32,000 nucleotides of DNA from positions 930,001 to 962,000 of the forward strand of contig NZ_CP040089.1 of assembly GCF_009617975.1 (NCBI RefSeq), given 5' to 3'. A program made the translations under genes and the position numbers. Positions within the stretch are counted from its first letter, which is position 1. Each line of letters begins with the position of its first letter. Below the pieces are notes generated by a model, which saw only the letters and a list, made by a program, of their open reading frames with translations, had not been told where the DNA came from and ran no database searches. The DNA comes from Candidatus Nanohalobium constans. GTDB taxonomy: Archaea; Nanohalarchaeota; Nanosalinia; Nanosalinales; Nanosalinaceae. Below, in pieces: positions 1 through 8,352 of the stretch.

Positions 1-1
1 G

Positions 2-427
2 AAATTTGATGAAGATCTTACAGAGTCCGTTTACAGCGAGATAGAGGACAAAGGCTTCCTGGACGAGGAGGCTCGTTTCTTCGTAATTAAAGAGGAAAAA
101 AGGACGATTGTAGGAGATCTGCTGCACTCAGCGCTCTACGACCTAGAGAACGGTACAGAGTTTGACGTAGATGTTTATCCTCGCGACCAGCTCTACAGAG
201 TCCTGGAGAGAGCAATTGTAGACGCCGCAGGAGGAGACGTAGAGGATGTCAGCGAAACCGAGCTAGATGTATTCATGAACGCATTGTTCGATGTCCAGGA
301 TATGGCAGGGAGTAAAGACATAGAAGTATTTGATGCAGTAGACAGCTCCACGGAAAAAATTCGCTCCATGATCATAAATGATAAAACTGAGTTAGACAAG
401 GATGACTTGAAAGGTGTCGCAAGTTGA
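2..427 (+). CDS. 3' part of a gene truncated by the window edge; acidic hypothetical protein
   Basis: Frame 2 is open from the window edge to TGA at 425-427 (ends ...DKDDLKGVAS). The stop overlaps the TTG start of the next gene (TTGA). Composition is acidic like the neighbours. Track ORF 193..399(-) is its antisense shadow. No family recognised. Confidence 0.5.
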   Translation, partial: KFDEDLTESVYSEIEDKGFLDEEARFFVIKEEKRTIVGDLLHSALYDLENGTEFDVDVYPRDQLYRVLERAIVDAAGGDVEDVSETELDVFMNALFDVQDMAGSKDIEVFDAVDSSTEKIRSMIINDKTELDKDDLKGVAS

Positions 428-1524
428 AAGCAATCATTCCATGCGCAGAAAAAGAGGAAAACCTGTTCCCCTTCTCCGAAACCAAGCCCACCGCACTCAT
501 GCCGGTAATGGGCAAACCACTAATCGAACATAATATCGAAGCACTGGAGGAGAACGGAGTAGAGGAAATCTACATAGTTGTAAACCATCTGCAGGAACAG
601 TTCTCAGACCGGTTTAAAGACAGAGACGGCGTAAAACTTGTACACCAGGAAGAACTGGACGGAACAGCGTCTGCAGTCAAAACATGCGACTTCATAGAGG
701 ACGACTTCCTTGTATTAAACGGAGATGTTATAGTTTCCGAAAGAGATATCGGAAACCTTCTGCAAAAGTTCAGAAATACTGGAGAAACAAGTATACTTGC
801 CACAGATGAGAAAGCACCTGAAAAGTTCGGAGTGCTCAGCATTCAGAACGACGAAGTAGCAGATATCCAGGAAAAACCCGAAGAACCAGAAAATCCACTG
901 GTTAATACCGGTATCTATGTCTTTAGCCCGGAAATTTTCGAAGCTATAGAAGACCTGGAAGAAGACGAAACCAGTATCACCGACGCCGTCAGAGACCTGA
1001 TAGAGTCTGAAGGTGCTCGATTCGAACTAGTACAGGATTACTGGATCGATATAGGTTCAGGAGAGAAACTCTGGAAAGCAGATCAAATCAAAAGAGAATA
1101 CGAAATAGAAGAATCGGAAATAAGCGGAAAGGCAGAAGTAAGCGAAGACGCAGCCATAGAAGGAGAAGCAGTAGTTGAAGAAGGGGCAGAGATTAAGCCT
1201 GGAACAGTCATCGAAGGAAAATGCTTCATAGGAGAAAACAGTATTGTCGGTCCGAACACAACGATCAGAGGCTCAAGCATCGCCGATAACTCCCAGTTAG
1301 ATCACTGCAGTATTGAGAACAGCCTAGTTTTCGAGAGCAACATAGTTGACTCCTTCGTCGCAGTCGAAGGTACTGTGCTGGCAGAAGAATGCGACATAAA
1401 ATCAGGCACCGTAATCAGAGAATGCTTGATAGGTGCCAGAAGCTTTATCGACATGAACAACTCCATCAGAGGTACCAAGTTCGTACCTGACGCACGGACC
1501 GACCTGGGCGAAATCAGCAAGTAG
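424..1524 (+). CDS. Sugar-phosphate nucleotidyltransferase-fold protein with C-terminal left-handed beta-helix (LbH) domain; non-canonical NTP-binding loop
   Basis: Nucleotidyltransferase motifs LVLNGDVIV, EKPEEP and NTGIYVF, plus C-terminal hexapeptide repeats (IEGEAVVEEGAEIKPGTVIEGKCFIGENSIVGPNTTI...). The N-terminal loop reads IPCAEKEENLFP...KPT instead of the IPAAGKGTR...PK seen in the canonical paralog at 30457..31185. TTG start. Confidence 0.8.
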   Translation: MKAIIPCAEKEENLFPFSETKPTALMPVMGKPLIEHNIEALEENGVEEIYIVVNHLQEQFSDRFKDRDGVKLVHQEELDGTASAVKTCDFIEDDFLVLNGDVIVSERDIGNLLQKFRNTGETSILATDEKAPEKFGVLSIQNDEVADIQEKPEEPENPLVNTGIYVFSPEIFEAIEDLEEDETSITDAVRDLIESEGARFELVQDYWIDIGSGEKLWKADQIKREYEIEESEISGKAEVSEDAAIEGEAVVEEGAEIKPGTVIEGKCFIGENSIVGPNTTIRGSSIADNSQLDHCSIENSLVFESNIVDSFVAVEGTVLAEECDIKSGTVIRECLIGARSFIDMNNSIRGTKFVPDARTDLGEISK

Positions 1525-1583
1525 GAACAGCCAGCATGAGAGCAGCCAGCAGGATATTAAATTCTTCTTGAGAAGTCATAATT

Positions 1584-2834
1584 GTGAAAGCAGTTATACT
1601 GGCAGCCGGCAAGTCAAGCCGTTTCAAGCCGCTCAGCGACAAGAGACACAAAGCACTGACAGAAGTAATGGGCAAACCACTGATCCAGCACACAATCGAC
1701 GCACTAAGAGATACAGAAGTAGAAGAAATCATAGTAGTTCAAGGACCTGAAAGAGAAATAGAGGATTCAGGCGTAGATGCTGACCGGTTTGTAGTGCAGG
1801 AAGAGCCAAAAGGTATGGGCAACGCACTCCAACAAGCTGAAAAATATCTAGAAAACAGGTTCCTGGTCCTAACACCTTACAGATCGAAGGCTTCAGAGCT
1901 CTACCAGCCAATGATTGACAAAGCAGAAGAAAATGATACTGAAACCATTTTCGTGGCATCAGAAACAGAAAACCCAGAGAAATACGGCATATTAGACATA
2001 GAAAACGGTAAAGTCAGCGACATAGTCGAGAAGCCTGACCTTGAGGAAGCACCAAGCAACATGAAGGCTGTAGGGATGTATATGCTAAGCAAAGACTTCT
2101 TCAACTACCTAAATAACACTCAAACCAAGGAATACCAGTACGAAGAAGCCCTTTCAAACCAGATGAAAGATAAAAAAGCGTCATTTGTAGAAGCAGAAGA
2201 AGATCCCAACTCGATAAAATATCCATGGGATCTCTTCGAAGTCATGAAGGAGCTTTTAGATAACTCAGAAAGAAGTATAAGTGGAGAAGCTGAGATAGCA
2301 GACTCAGCAGAAGTAAAAGGAAAAGTTATAGTAGAAGAAGGCGCCAAAATATTTGAAAACGCTGTAGTAAAAGGACCTGCCTACATCGGAGAAGATGCAG
2401 TCGTAGGAAACAACGCCTTGATCAGAAACTATTCCTGCATCGAAAGAGGAACTACAGTTGGAGCCAACTGTGAAGCAAGAAACACTTCTTTCCAGCCTGA
2501 AAGCTCCATGCACTCTCAGTTCGTAGGAGACTCAATAATAGGTAGAAACACGAGTATCGGAGCAGGAACAGTCATAGCCAACAGAAACTTCCGAGAAGAC
2601 GGTGAAAGACCGGAAATCAGTACAGATTTAATCGGGAAGGACTACAGCAAAGAGACAGGAAGAAACTCTCTAGGCTGCTTCATCGGCGAGAATGTAGATA
2701 TAGGAGTTAACTCATCCATCATGCCTGGCGTTCAAATCGGCAGCGACTCGAAAATAGGTCCTGGAACAGTAGTTAAGGAAAATGTAGAAAACGATACTAC
2801 TGTTTACAGCAGTCAAGAGGTTGAAAAGAAGTGA
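1584..2834 (+). CDS. GlmU-like bifunctional nucleotidyltransferase / LbH acetyltransferase family protein
   Basis: G-loop ILAAGKSSRF and an EKP motif. The C-terminal LbH carries GlmU-type acetyltransferase signatures (MHSQFVGDSIIG, GAGTVIANRN). GTG start. The usual GD metal motif position reads LVLTPYRSK. Confidence 0.85.
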   Translation: MKAVILAAGKSSRFKPLSDKRHKALTEVMGKPLIQHTIDALRDTEVEEIIVVQGPEREIEDSGVDADRFVVQEEPKGMGNALQQAEKYLENRFLVLTPYRSKASELYQPMIDKAEENDTETIFVASETENPEKYGILDIENGKVSDIVEKPDLEEAPSNMKAVGMYMLSKDFFNYLNNTQTKEYQYEEALSNQMKDKKASFVEAEEDPNSIKYPWDLFEVMKELLDNSERSISGEAEIADSAEVKGKVIVEEGAKIFENAVVKGPAYIGEDAVVGNNALIRNYSCIERGTTVGANCEARNTSFQPESSMHSQFVGDSIIGRNTSIGAGTVIANRNFREDGERPEISTDLIGKDYSKETGRNSLGCFIGENVDIGVNSSIMPGVQIGSDSKIGPGTVVKENVENDTTVYSSQEVEKK

Positions 2835-3322
2835 AAATCGGCGTAGACTTTGACAGAGTCCTTTTCAAGACCGATGACTTCAATAAGCACCTGAAGCAGG
2901 AGGTTGAAGGATTGGAACATGTGGATAGTTCTCCTACAAATGATCACGGAGTTTACAGCCCGGAAATTCACGCAGAGCTGTGCGGAATTGATGTAGAAGA
3001 GATATACAAGGTTATGGAAAATCTGGAGAAGTTTCTCTACGATGACTTAGATGTGCTGCAGAGTTCAGAGCACGAGATATTGATAGTCAGTCGTGGTGAG
3101 ACTGAGTTCCAGAAGAGAAAGATCGAAGGCTCAGGAGCAGACGAATACGCTGACAGGGTCGTAGTAGTGGAAAAAGGATCAAAAGAAGTAGAAGACATTG
3201 ATTTCTTGATCGATGATAGAAAGAAGGAGCTAGAAGATGCTGACTTACCTGGTTTTGAATTTGACAGAGAAATACATTCCTTGAGAGATGCTCTGGAAGA
3301 GGCTGAGAAGCATGAAGCCTGA
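2831..3322 (+). CDS. HAD-superfamily hydrolase-like protein
   Basis: Motif I DxDxV (GVDFDRVLF), ILIVSRG (motif II Ser) and FLIDDRKKE (motif IV DD). The GTG start overlaps the upstream stop (GTGA). Lies between nucleotide-sugar genes. Confidence 0.6.
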   Translation: MKIGVDFDRVLFKTDDFNKHLKQEVEGLEHVDSSPTNDHGVYSPEIHAELCGIDVEEIYKVMENLEKFLYDDLDVLQSSEHEILIVSRGETEFQKRKIEGSGADEYADRVVVVEKGSKEVEDIDFLIDDRKKELEDADLPGFEFDREIHSLRDALEEAEKHEA

Positions 3323-4625
3323 AAAAGTGTTCAAGAGATACGATGTAAGAGGAAGATATCCTGAAGAATTAGATGAAGAGTTTGTTGGGATGATGGGCGA
3401 AAGTTTGGCGGCCTTCGCCAAGGAAAACTATAATAACAAGGTTGTAGTATGTAGAGACACCAAGAAAAGCTCTATGCAGCTTAAAGAGTGTTTGATCGAA
3501 GGTTTACGATCTCAGGGCATTGATGTCTTGGATATTGGGATCGGTCCTACGGACATGGCTGCCTTTCAAGGACAGAAAAACAACTGTATCAGCGTCCAAG
3601 TAACCTCGTCCCACATGCCACTGGACTTTAACGGATTGAAGTTCATGTATCCAGAGGGAAACGGTTTCGTGAACGAAGATCTCAATAAGTTAGAAGAACT
3701 GTTCCATAAGAAAGGGAAAGGTAAGAAGGAGGAAGGAAGCTATATGGAGATTGAATCTGCGAGAGATGAATACAGTGAGGCTCTTGAAAACTTCGTTAAG
3801 GAAAAAATAGGAGTTCCTGACGACAGAAGAATAGTTGTTGAGACAATGGGCGGCGCCGGGTCTCATGTTTTACCTGAAGTCTTGGAGAATCTCGGATTCG
3901 ATGTGGAAACAGTTTCAGGTGAAAAGCTGCCTTACCGTAACCCTCCAAATCCCAAGCCAGAGAACTTGAAGGATTTAGAGCGAAAGGTCGAAGAGAATGA
4001 CGCCTACATAGGTTTGGCGCTGGATTTAGATGCGGATCGAGTTACTGCATACTTTGAAGGAGAATGGATTTCCGGCGACGACTTATTCTGTATCTTCGCA
4101 CAGCTCTTCCAAGGAGATGTGGTTGCTTCTGTAGATACAGATACTAAATTAGAGGAGTTCGCGGAGAATATATATTATACTCGTGTTGGAGATCCGTTTG
4201 TGATAGATGAAACCATTGAGAAGAACGCTGTTCTCTCTGGAGAGCCTAATGGACACTACTGTTTTCCAGAGTTCACAAACTATAATTCTGGAACTTTAGC
4301 CGGATTAATACTGGCGTGCAGCAACCTGGAGGAATTAATGGCGAATATTCCGGAAAGCCATATTGCTCAAGATAACTTCGAGTTTGGAGATAACTCTGAT
4401 GCAGAAGAAGCTATGGAGAAGTTCAAAGAATGTGTTGAAGACAAGTTTGAAGTCTTGTCGACTGTTGATGGTGTTAAGTTTGATTTGTATGGCTCTACTG
4501 TTTTAGCCCGTTTATCAGGATCTTCACCTGTTATCCGTGTGAAATGTTTTGATGAGATGGAGAAGAGGGCTGAAGATGCTTTGAGTAATGTTCGAGAAAT
4601 CTTCGGGAAAGACATAAATCATTAG
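3312..4625 (+). CDS. Alpha-D-phosphohexomutase (PMM/PGM/GlmM family)
   Basis: All four family loops are recognisable: phosphoserine loop TSSHMPLDFNGLKF, metal loop DLDADR, sugar loop GEPNGH and phosphate loop RLSGSSPVIRV. ATG at 3312 (MKPEKVFKRYDVRG) is preferred over the track start at 3288. Confidence 0.85.
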   Translation: MKPEKVFKRYDVRGRYPEELDEEFVGMMGESLAAFAKENYNNKVVVCRDTKKSSMQLKECLIEGLRSQGIDVLDIGIGPTDMAAFQGQKNNCISVQVTSSHMPLDFNGLKFMYPEGNGFVNEDLNKLEELFHKKGKGKKEEGSYMEIESARDEYSEALENFVKEKIGVPDDRRIVVETMGGAGSHVLPEVLENLGFDVETVSGEKLPYRNPPNPKPENLKDLERKVEENDAYIGLALDLDADRVTAYFEGEWISGDDLFCIFAQLFQGDVVASVDTDTKLEEFAENIYYTRVGDPFVIDETIEKNAVLSGEPNGHYCFPEFTNYNSGTLAGLILACSNLEELMANIPESHIAQDNFEFGDNSDAEEAMEKFKECVEDKFEVLSTVDGVKFDLYGSTVLARLSGSSPVIRVKCFDEMEKRAEDALSNVREIFGKDINH

Positions 4626-4636
4626 AGAGCTGTTCT

Positions 4637-4864
4637 TTGTGTATGGAAGAAGACGAACTGTTGTACGAGTTTAAGCAAGGTCCTTATGATGTGCTTGAGT
4701 TTGAGGTCAGAGAGAAAGATGAGAAAGCTGTAATTGAGATTAACGGCGGTGACTTAGGTCGATTGCCTATTGAGAACTTGAAGACGATTGATGAGCTGCG
4801 GAATGCTCTGGATGAAATTGAAAGGGTTATTGAAGAGAAGGAGCGTCGTAAAGAAGATCTTTGA
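4637..4864 (+). CDS. Small acidic hypothetical protein
   Basis: 75-codon ORF co-directional with the operon and acidic in composition. The ATG at 4643 is the more likely start. No family recognised. Confidence 0.4.
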   Translation: MCMEEDELLYEFKQGPYDVLEFEVREKDEKAVIEINGGDLGRLPIENLKTIDELRNALDEIERVIEEKERRKEDL

Positions 4865-4893
4865 AACAAAAAGAAAGAAGAATAAGACTAGTT

Positions 4894-4926
4894 AAGAGAT
4901 GTTAACTAAGTTTTTATACATCTCTT
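4894..4926. terminator. 9-bp stem hairpin between convergent genes (candidate bidirectional terminator)
   Basis: AAGAGATGT (4894-4902) and ACATCTCTT (4918-4926) are perfect reverse complements with a 15-nt T-rich loop. It lies 30 nt after the stop at 4864 and overlaps the last codons of the minus gene 4914..5081. Confidence 0.35.
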
Positions 4927-5081
4927 GCTTTTACGGTCTTTCGTCCGTTCTCTTGTGCTCTTTCTACTGCTCTCTCGACTAGTTCTTTGACTTCGTCGTC
5001 AAGTGCATCGTAGAAATCGCTTCCGACATTGACGCCATCTGCAGCGTCACGAACGCCAGACTTCTTAAGTACATCTACCAT
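4914..5081 (-). CDS. Small histone-fold-like protein (DUF1931-like), 55 aa; absent from the ORF track
   Basis: Hand translation gives MVDVLKKSGVRDAADGVNVGSDFYDALDDEVKELVERAVERAQENGRKTVKARDV. The pattern (NVSSDFYDALDEEV...A..RA..NGRKTV.PRD) matches my recollection of small archaeal DUF1931 proteins. Below the 60-aa track cut-off. Confidence 0.55.
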   Translation of the reverse strand: MVDVLKKSGVRDAADGVNVGSDFYDALDDEVKELVERAVERAQENGRKTVKARDV

Positions 5082-5348
5082 GTTAATTCACCAAGTAAAG
5101 ATTGGAACGCCCGGTTTTTATAGGTAAGGGCGGTTACTCCGTGAAAATCAACCGAACAACCACCTGTAGACCGAATAATGTGTTGAACCTGGATAACACT
5201 TTTCAGTAATCTGAAGAGTTAAGCTTTGCTTAGGCGCATTAACTGACCCAGATAAATGTTTTCAAGACCGGTATGTTGTTATATGGTTCGGTTTTTATCG
5301 AACAGTTTCCTTCTAGAATTAAAAATAATGCTTCACTAAGTTTGATTT

Positions 5349-5927
5349 ATGGAGTTAGACTTTGATACAGTTAAGGCTCTTTCCTCGCAGACCCGGATAC
5401 AGATTCTTCACGAAACAGTCTCTAAAGAGCCGACTCCTACAGATATAAGTAAGTCAATAGACCGGAGTAAATCCACCGTCTCTTCACATCTCTCCAAGCT
5501 TCAGGAAGCCGGACTTGTGGAGAAGGACGAGGTTGATGGGCGGAGAAGAGTAATTTACAGAGCTACAGATAAAACCGAGACGATTTTGAAAGGTAAAAAC
5601 CAGAAGGTTAAGTTCTCCATCCTGTCAACTGTTTCAAGCATCTGGATCGGAGTAGGATTAACATTAAGCAGTTTAAAAAACATAACAGAGACAGGATCAA
5701 GTGCTGCTAAGAGTCAGGCAGGGCAGATGGGTGCTATGGCGCTGGATAAGACAGAAAGTACTGCTTCAGAGACAGGTGGAGCGTTTTTATCTAATTTTCA
5801 GCCCGTTGATTCTCTGCTTTTCGTAGGAGTATTTTTCCTTTCGATCGCGTTAGCAAGCCTCATATACGGATTGTTTATGTCTCAGATAGGCGGTCGGGAA
5901 AAGGTTTCTCAAGCTCTTAAGTCTTGA
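5349..5927 (+). CDS. ArsR-type winged-helix transcription regulator with C-terminal transmembrane segments
   Basis: N-terminus ALSSQTRIQILHETVSKEPTPTDISKSIDRSKSTVSSHLSKLQEAGLVEKDEVDGRRRVIY is a typical ArsR HTH plus wing. Hydrophobic stretches follow (FSILSTVSSIWIGVGLTL and LLFVGVFFLSIALASLIYGLF). Confidence 0.7.
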   Translation: MELDFDTVKALSSQTRIQILHETVSKEPTPTDISKSIDRSKSTVSSHLSKLQEAGLVEKDEVDGRRRVIYRATDKTETILKGKNQKVKFSILSTVSSIWIGVGLTLSSLKNITETGSSAAKSQAGQMGAMALDKTESTASETGGAFLSNFQPVDSLLFVGVFFLSIALASLIYGLFMSQIGGREKVSQALKS

Positions 5928-6002
5928 CAATCCTTACTATATATAAGGAAAAGCTAGAATGTTTTTGAGATAAAAAATTTGGAATAGTCGTGAAACTGTA
6001 AT

Positions 6003-6461
6003 ATGCCTACATGCCAACTTTGCGGAGAAGACACAGAGTCAACTAAAAAAGCTAAAATCGAAGGTGCAGTCCTCAAAGTATGCGATTCATGCGCAGAAAT
6101 GGGCGAAACCATCAAGACAAAGTCCAAGAAATCGAAGAAGAAAAGAAAGAAGAAGAGGAAGAATAGAAGCAAGTCAGAACAAAAAGTACTGGCCAATAAT
6201 TACGGAAAGAAAATCAGAGAGGAAAGAGAAGATAGAGAGCTGACTATGGACGAACTGTCCGACCAGATTAATGAGAAGACATCAGTAATCCAGAAGGTTG
6301 AACAGGAGGAACTGAAGCCAGATCAATCATTGGCAGGTAAACTATCCAAGAAACTTGGAATAGACCTGTATGTCAACCCACAAGTCACCGACTACGATGA
6401 CACAAGTGATGGAGACAGCAGGAAAGCCACATTAGGCGATGTGGCCGACATAAAAAACTAA
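6003..6461 (+). CDS. mbf1: Archaeal multiprotein bridging factor 1 (aMBF1): Zn-ribbon plus Cro/C1-type HTH
   Basis: N-terminal CxxC...CxxC ribbon (CQLCGED...CDSCAEMG) and C-terminal HTH (IREEREDRELTMDELSDQINEKTSVIQKVEQEELKP). Contains an unusual Lys-rich linker. Confidence 0.85.
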   Translation: MPTCQLCGEDTESTKKAKIEGAVLKVCDSCAEMGETIKTKSKKSKKKRKKKRKNRSKSEQKVLANNYGKKIREEREDRELTMDELSDQINEKTSVIQKVEQEELKPDQSLAGKLSKKLGIDLYVNPQVTDYDDTSDGDSRKATLGDVADIKN

Positions 6462-6470
6462 ATTCTTTCT

Positions 6471-7325
6471 TTATTCCTTTACTTTTCCATTGCAGTTTAC
6501 TCTAAGACCATGAAGCACCGCGATCTCTCCTAGTCCGCAAAGAGTCATTTCTGGCATCTCATTTACTATCTCACTTTTCACACCGTTCTCTATAGATTCC
6601 AGTATGGTGTCAAAATGATTCAATGCTACAGCACCCCCGAAAATTATCTTGTCTGGGTTGTACAGATTGATGAGATTGGCTACACCAACACAAGTCCTGT
6701 GCTTAAACTCATCTAGAGCTTCTTCGGCATTCTCACCTTCTACCTCAAAGAGCTCCTTCGGATCATCAATTTCCAAATCGTGGAGTTCATGAGCCATGTT
6801 AGTAAGATTATTGCCCGAACAGTAGGCCTCCCAATGGCCAGTACCGCCACACCCACATTCAAGCTCTTCCCCAATCTTCATGTGACCAACCTCACCGAAG
6901 TTACCATCGCGCCCTTCCACCAAGTCACCGTTAGAGATGAAAGCCGCTCCAATACCAGAACTTATAGTGATATAAAGAAGATTTTCTGCAGTTTCACCGT
7001 AATAATATTCTCCTAATACTGCAGCCGCACAATCATTAATTATTTCCACTTCAGCAAATTCTTCAAGAGGATCCTTAAGCTGAACAAACTCCTTATCGAT
7101 GTTAGGAGGATAAAACAAGCCCTTATCCTTGTCAATCGGTCCCGCTGCAGCAACAGCAACCTTTTCCAGCTCAGGATAATCTGCTTCCTCCAGAACAGAC
7201 TTTACAGACTTGTTAATATCACTTAGGAAGTCTGCTGTCTTAATTTCCTTGACTTTTCGGAAATCATCGTCTCCTACTCCGAAAAAAGTGTTAGTGCCTC
7301 CAATATCAATACACAGGAACGCCAT
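6471..7325 (-). CDS. ROK-family sugar kinase (glucokinase-like)
   Basis: ATP-binding N-terminus MAFLCIDIGGTNT and ROK Zn motif variant CGCGGTGHWEAYCSG. The ATG at 7325 is preferred over the track start at 7412, because a TATA-like box lies 26-35 nt upstream of 7325. Confidence 0.85.
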   Translation of the reverse strand: MAFLCIDIGGTNTFFGVGDDDFRKVKEIKTADFLSDINKSVKSVLEEADYPELEKVAVAAAGPIDKDKGLFYPPNIDKEFVQLKDPLEEFAEVEIINDCAAAVLGEYYYGETAENLLYITISSGIGAAFISNGDLVEGRDGNFGEVGHMKIGEELECGCGGTGHWEAYCSGNNLTNMAHELHDLEIDDPKELFEVEGENAEEALDEFKHRTCVGVANLINLYNPDKIIFGGAVALNHFDTILESIENGVKSEIVNEMPEMTLCGLGEIAVLHGLRVNCNGKVKE

Positions 7326-7350
7326 AATACAATGTAATACGAAGAACTGG

Positions 7351-7360
7351 TTTAAATTAA
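7351..7360 (-). promoter_or_regulatory. TATA-like box for a leaderless ROK kinase transcript
   Basis: The minus strand reads TTAATTTAAA, 26-35 nt upstream of the ATG at 7325. Confidence 0.3.
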
Positions 7361-7533
7361 CACAGTGAGAGAAGTCAAAAATTTTCCAGTAGAAGTAGGG
7401 TGAATCACCCATAGAACACAGCCTTCAAACCATCAATCAGGACATCTCTGACATACTGTGTCTTCATTAGTCTCACTTAAAACAATATATTTATAATCAT
7501 GAGCTTAGGGCTAAGAGATGTACCAATACGCCA

Positions 7534-8352
7534 TTAGCCGCTTTTCCATGCAATTAACAAGGAGCCTTTCTTCACTGTAAAGGTGTCGTTCCTACTTGTA
7601 CTCTGAGACCACTGATAATTTAGAGTTCCCGAACTATTCCCGTTTTTGATTCTTCCCTTTAAAACAAATCCAACAGGTCCCTGCCCCACATTCCTGGTAG
7701 AAGAAGAATCTGCATTCCATTTATTCCCTTCTCTAGCCCAGTTGATAGTTGATCCCGAAGGCCCTGAAAAAGAGTTTTTAACATAACCATCAGAAGGACA
7801 ATCCACGAAAACCCTTATCTCAAAATTCCATAACTCTTCAGAACCTATGGATAGTTTTAGTTCATTGTCATCTTGAAGTATAGTTTGACTCGACAAACTT
7901 TCATCGCTTGTCTTTTTCACAAGTTTCGTATTACCTGCTCTCTTCATCTGTAATGTTCCATTGCCTTGTGCAGTAGGTACCTTTCCTTGGACTCCAGAAG
8001 TAGAAAGAGATTCTATGTCTGGCACTTGAGCCGGTGGAATCTGAGAATTGTCAGAATCCCAAATTGTGGTACCACTAATGGTAGAGATATCATTATCAAC
8101 CCGCAACTCAGAGTTCAGAACTTCTACCGGGCCGCCTTCGTATACTGCAAACTCCTTAGCACTGTCTTCTCCATAGAATTTAAAATCACTTGAACGAACA
8201 TTTACAGCAGATACTGATCCTAAGCTTAAGGCACCTAAGCCAAGTGCTCCTGCACCTAATTTCTTCAAGAACTCACGGCGAGAAACATTATTATCAGAGG
8301 TTTTTGAGGAGTTTTCGGACTCCAGTAGCTGATTCTTTATTATAGTTCTCAT
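7534..8352 (-). CDS. Tat-exported secreted protein of unknown function
   Basis: Twin-arginine signal NNVSRREFLKKLGAGALGLGALSLGSVSA followed by a Ser/Asn/Gly-rich mature region. No family recognised. Confidence 0.65.
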   Translation of the reverse strand: MRTIIKNQLLESENSSKTSDNNVSRREFLKKLGAGALGLGALSLGSVSAVNVRSSDFKFYGEDSAKEFAVYEGGPVEVLNSELRVDNDISTISGTTIWDSDNSQIPPAQVPDIESLSTSGVQGKVPTAQGNGTLQMKRAGNTKLVKKTSDESLSSQTILQDDNELKLSIGSEELWNFEIRVFVDCPSDGYVKNSFSGPSGSTINWAREGNKWNADSSSTRNVGQGPVGFVLKGRIKNGNSSGTLNYQWSQSTSRNDTFTVKKGSLLIAWKSG

